Of a stretch of DNA of 64,000 nucleotides, positions 61,148 to 64,000 are shown in pieces. Under the pieces are notes generated by a model. It made no database searches and had not been told where the DNA came from. It worked only from the letters and a program-made list of their open reading frames with translations. Each line of letters begins with the position of its first letter. The stretch's first letter is position 1. The stretch spans positions 1,440,001 to 1,504,000 of the forward strand of contig CAVZVA010000009.1 of NCBI GenBank assembly GCA_963778655.1, in the 5' to 3' direction. The position numbers and the translations under genes are program-made. This DNA is from an uncultured delta proteobacterium (GTDB lineage: Bacteria > Myxococcota_A > Polyangia > Polyangiales > JAFGIB01).

Positions 61148-61420
61148 ATGGCAGTCAAAGTCAGAGTCCCCACGCCCCTGCGAACCCTGACCGGGGGCAA
61201 GGACGAAATCGAAGCCAAGGGCAGCACCGTGCGCGAGGTGATCGACGACCTCGAGCGCAACTACCCGGGCATGAAGGATCGCCTGTGCGACGAGAAGGGC
61301 GTGCGGCGCTTCGTCAACATCTACCAGAACGAGGAAGACATCCGTTTCCTCGACAGTCTGGAGACCGCGGTCAAGGACGGCGATTCGATCAGCATCGTGC
61401 CCGCGATCGCAGGAGGCTGA
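61148..61420 (+). CDS. MoaD/ThiS-family ubiquitin-like sulfur carrier (CysO-like)
   Basis: VRVPTPLRTLTGG...RRFVNIYQNEEDIRFL...IVPAIAGG C-terminus; GAGGAG RBS. Confidence 0.93.
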   Translation: MAVKVRVPTPLRTLTGGKDEIEAKGSTVREVIDDLERNYPGMKDRLCDEKGVRRFVNIYQNEEDIRFLDSLETAVKDGDSISIVPAIAGG

Positions 61421-61427
61421 ACGCAGC

Positions 61428-61817
61428 ATGCTGTCTCCCGCCGCGCGCCGCCGCTACACCCGCCACTTGCTGCTCTCCGAGATCGGCGAGGCCGGACAGG
61501 AGCGTCTGTGCGCGGCTCAGGTGCGCGCCGCGCCTGCGGCCGACGCGCGCGCGGCCGAGGTCGCGCTCGATTACCTGGCGCGCGCGGGGCTAGGCGTGAG
61601 CGCGGATGGCGCGCAAACAGCAACCGCGATCGCGCTCTTGCTGCCCTCGCCCGAGCAGCTGCGCGGGCTTGCGGGCGATGCCGCGCTCGAGGAAGCGGCG
61701 GCCGCGCTGAGCGGCGCGTTCGCGGCGGTCGAAGCGATCAAGCAGGCGCTCGGAGTCGGTTCGCCCGCGGCGCTGCCAGTGATGCTTGCTCCTCCTGCAG
61801 GGAAGGCGAAGCCATGA
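61428..61817 (+). CDS. truncated/inactive ThiF-MoeB-like protein
   Basis: RRYTRHLLLSEIGEAGQERL N-terminus, YLARAGLG, GAFAAVEAIKQALG; no P-loop and no Zn-binding Cys. Confidence 0.7.
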   Translation: MLSPAARRRYTRHLLLSEIGEAGQERLCAAQVRAAPAADARAAEVALDYLARAGLGVSADGAQTATAIALLLPSPEQLRGLAGDAALEEAAAALSGAFAAVEAIKQALGVGSPAALPVMLAPPAGKAKP

Positions 61818-61821
61818 CGGT

Positions 61822-61888
61822 GACGCGCGAGCGCAGCGACGCGCAGCGAGCCCTGCGGAAGGGGCGCGTGACCTTGCCGGTAACAAAG
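61822..61888. repeat. REP-like element, family A (short)
   Basis: GAGCGCAGCGACGCGCAGCGAGCCCTGCGGAAGGGGCGCGTGACCTTGCCGGTAACAAA; same 3' end as the 26838 and 23293 copies. Confidence 0.55.
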
Positions 61889-61890
61889 CC

Positions 61891-62820
61891 ATGACGGCAC
61901 GCAGCAGGCGGATCGATTCGATCGTCGATGCGGTGGGCAACACGCCGATGGTGCGACTGCGCAACATCGGGCGCGAGACCCCAGACGTGAAGCTCTACCT
62001 GAAGCTCGAGTACTGCAATCCCGGCGGCTCGGTGAAGGACCGCCCTGCCCTGCAGATGATGCGCGACGCGATCGAGGACGGTCGCCTGACCAAGGACAAG
62101 ATCCTGATCGACGCCACCAGCGGCAACACCGGCGTCGCGTACTCGATCTTCGGCGCGGCGCTGGGCCAGCGCGTGCGGCTGGTGATGCCGTCCAACGTCT
62201 CGCAGGCGCGCAAGGACATCACGCAGGCGTTCGGCACCGAGCTGGTGCTCAGCGACCCGATGGAAGGCTCGGACGGCGCCATTCGGCTGTGCCGCGAGCT
62301 GGTCGACAAGGAGCCGGAACACTACTTCTACGCTGACCAGTACCGCAATCCGAGCAATCCGCGCGCCCACTACCTCGGCACCGGGCGCGAGATCCTGGAG
62401 CAGGTGGGCGGCGAGATCACCCACTTCGTGGCGGGCTTGGGGACCAGTGGTACGGCCATGGGCACTACGCGCAGGCTGCACGAGCACACGCGCAAGATCG
62501 TGTGCGTGGCGGCCCACCCGGCCGAGGCGCTGCACGGTCTCGAAGGGCTCAAGCACATGGCCAGCTCGATCGTACCCGAGATCTACGACCCGGCCGTGCC
62601 CGACGAGCACATGGCGATCGCCACCGAGGACGGCTGGGACATGGCCGACCGGCTGGCGCAGGAAGAAGGGCTGCACGTGGGCCACTCGACCGGCGCGAAC
62701 GTGTTCGCCGCCCTGCAGATCGCCAAGCGCATCGGCAAGGGCTGCGTGGTCACGGTCGCGTGCGATCGCGGCGACCGCTACTTCGCGCCGATGCGCTGGG
62801 AGAAGCACTATGAGTGGTGA
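61891..62820 (+). CDS. cysM: PLP-dependent cysteine synthase (CysM-like)
   Basis: VGNTPMV, NPGGSVKDR, ATSGNTG, DQYRNPSN, GLGTSGT, LEGLKHM, DRGDRY. Confidence 0.88.
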   Translation: MTARSRRIDSIVDAVGNTPMVRLRNIGRETPDVKLYLKLEYCNPGGSVKDRPALQMMRDAIEDGRLTKDKILIDATSGNTGVAYSIFGAALGQRVRLVMPSNVSQARKDITQAFGTELVLSDPMEGSDGAIRLCRELVDKEPEHYFYADQYRNPSNPRAHYLGTGREILEQVGGEITHFVAGLGTSGTAMGTTRRLHEHTRKIVCVAAHPAEALHGLEGLKHMASSIVPEIYDPAVPDEHMAIATEDGWDMADRLAQEEGLHVGHSTGANVFAALQIAKRIGKGCVVTVACDRGDRYFAPMRWEKHYEW

Positions 62821-63307
62821 ACGCCCCTGGATCGCCGGCGAGCTGGTGATCGCGCGCGCCGTGCTCGAGCAGATCCAAGCCCACGCGCTGCAGGACTATC
62901 CCGGCGAGGCGTGCGGCTTCGGCTCGGGACCGGCGGCAGAGGCGGCGAGCGTGGACGCCTGCGCCCGCCAGCAGAACGAGGCGGACAAGTACCACGCGCT
63001 GGACCCGGTCACCTTCCCGCGCACCTCGCGCATGTACTTCAAGATGAACGAGCTGCGCGCGGCGCGCGCGTTCGAGGACGGCGAGCGCGCGGGCCGCCCG
63101 ATCAAGTTGATCTACCACTCGCACTGCGACGCGGGCGCGTACTTCTCGAGCGAGGACGCGGCGACGTTCGCGGCCGGCGGCCAGTTGATGTGGCCGTGCG
63201 CGTTCCTGGTCGTCAGCGTGATGCAGGGCGCGCTGGCCGACACCAAGCTCTGGGTTCACGTCCCCGGCACCAACGACTTCCGCGAGTCGAGCTTCACGCT
63301 GCGATGA
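62810..63307 (+). CDS. Mec/JAB (JAMM, M67) metallopeptidase
   Basis: YPGEACG ... IYHSHCDAGAYFSSED (HxH-x7-S-x2-D). Confidence 0.92.
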   Translation: MSGERPWIAGELVIARAVLEQIQAHALQDYPGEACGFGSGPAAEAASVDACARQQNEADKYHALDPVTFPRTSRMYFKMNELRAARAFEDGERAGRPIKLIYHSHCDAGAYFSSEDAATFAAGGQLMWPCAFLVVSVMQGALADTKLWVHVPGTNDFRESSFTLR

Positions 63308-63345
63308 GCGCGCACCCGCACGCGCCTCGGCCAGGGGAACATGAA

Positions 63346-63389
63346 ACAGGAAGGCGCGCAGGCTTCCCGTCTTCCCGTCTTGCTGTGAC
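63346..63389. repeat. intergenic inverted repeat, family B
   Basis: ACAGGAAGGCG...CTTCCCGTCTTCCCGTCTTGCTGTGA. Confidence 0.7.
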
Positions 63390-63434
63390 TCCGAGGAACC
63401 GCTTGGCAGCAGGCACGCCCGTGATCGGAGGCCG

Positions 63435-64000
63435 ATGAGCGATCTGGCCGAGCGCGCGTGCGATCTGCTGATCGTCGGGGGCGGGGCTGCCGGCTGCGTG
63501 GCTGCGGTCGAGGCGCGCGAGCGTGCGCCCGAGCTCGACGTGATCGTGATGGAGAAGGCTCACGTGTACCGCAGCGGCTGTCTGGCCGCCGGCATCAGCG
63601 CGCTCAACGCCTACCTGCACCAGGGCGAGAGCCCCGAGTCGTTCCTGCGCTACGTGCTGCGCGACACGCTGGGCGTGGTGCGCGACGATCTCACGCTGAG
63701 CATGGCGGCCGAGCTCAACGAGCAGGTGCGCCGCGTGGAGTCCTGGGGGCTGCCGATTCCCAAGGACGAGCGCGAGCGGCCGCTCAGGCGCGGGCGGGCG
63801 TCGATCAAGATCTTCGGCGAGCGCCTCAAGCCGATCCTGGGCAAGCGCGCCGAGGCCTCGGGCGCGACCATCCTGAACCGCGTCAACGCCACCGGGCTCG
63901 CGCTGCGCGACGGCCGTGTGGTGGGCGCGTTCGGCGTGGGCACGCGCGACGGCCGCTTTTACTTCGTGCGCGCCAAGTGCGTGCTGGTCTGCACCGGCGG
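63435..64000 (+). CDS. aprA: adenylylsulfate reductase alpha subunit-like flavoprotein (runs off the window end)
   Basis: My translation: MSDLAERACDLLIVGGGAAGC...MEKAHVYRSGCLAAGISALNAYL...GVVRDDL...WGLPI...IKIFGERLKPIL; GGAGG RBS. Confidence 0.75.
   Translation, partial: MSDLAERACDLLIVGGGAAGCVAAVEARERAPELDVIVMEKAHVYRSGCLAAGISALNAYLHQGESPESFLRYVLRDTLGVVRDDLTLSMAAELNEQVRRVESWGLPIPKDERERPLRRGRASIKIFGERLKPILGKRAEASGATILNRVNATGLALRDGRVVGAFGVGTRDGRFYFVRAKCVLVCTG

Overview
Very GC-rich bacterial chromosome segment. Gene content and order (ileS-lspA-lspA-lgt, PEGA Ser/Thr kinase, Cys-rich lipoproteins, stand-alone M17 N-domain next to nusB) suggest Myxococcota, probably Polyangia-like; this is an inference. 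Most of it is housekeeping: pheA-hisC-lipoprotein-aroA-like-cmk-rpsA, mutS, scpAB, bcp, map, parAB, folD, ileS/lspA/lgt, nrdR-ribD-ribH-nusB, mnmA/iscS, methylmalonyl-CoA mutase plus meaB, and ddl. Main highlights: (1) A compact candidate RiPP locus at 38.6-41.3 kb: an unannotated 85-aa precursor (twin-Arg/YxxP leader, six-Cys CxP-repeat core CPPNGG x3), a radical SAM enzyme with an atypical SPASM/twitch tail, a PqqD/RRE protein and an HPr-kinase-related kinase, with no peptidase or transporter. (2) A sulfur-carrier cysteine-synthesis cluster at 59-64 kb (Rrf2, CysK, ThiF/MoeB, MoaD/CysO, CysM, Mec/JAMM, AprA-like) in which the E1 enzyme appears split into an active subunit and an Arg-finger-only subunit. 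(3) A catalytically degenerate AroA and an IleRS with altered HIGH/KMSKS motifs. (4) Two families of intergenic palindromic repeats, one amplified into a 99-bp tandem array translated as a protein tail. (5) Three apparent frameshifts, all at GAGAATC and all repaired by deleting one A, probably a motif-specific sequencing error. No rRNA, tRNA, CRISPR array or transposase was seen. All calls come from reading motifs by eye; no database searches were run.
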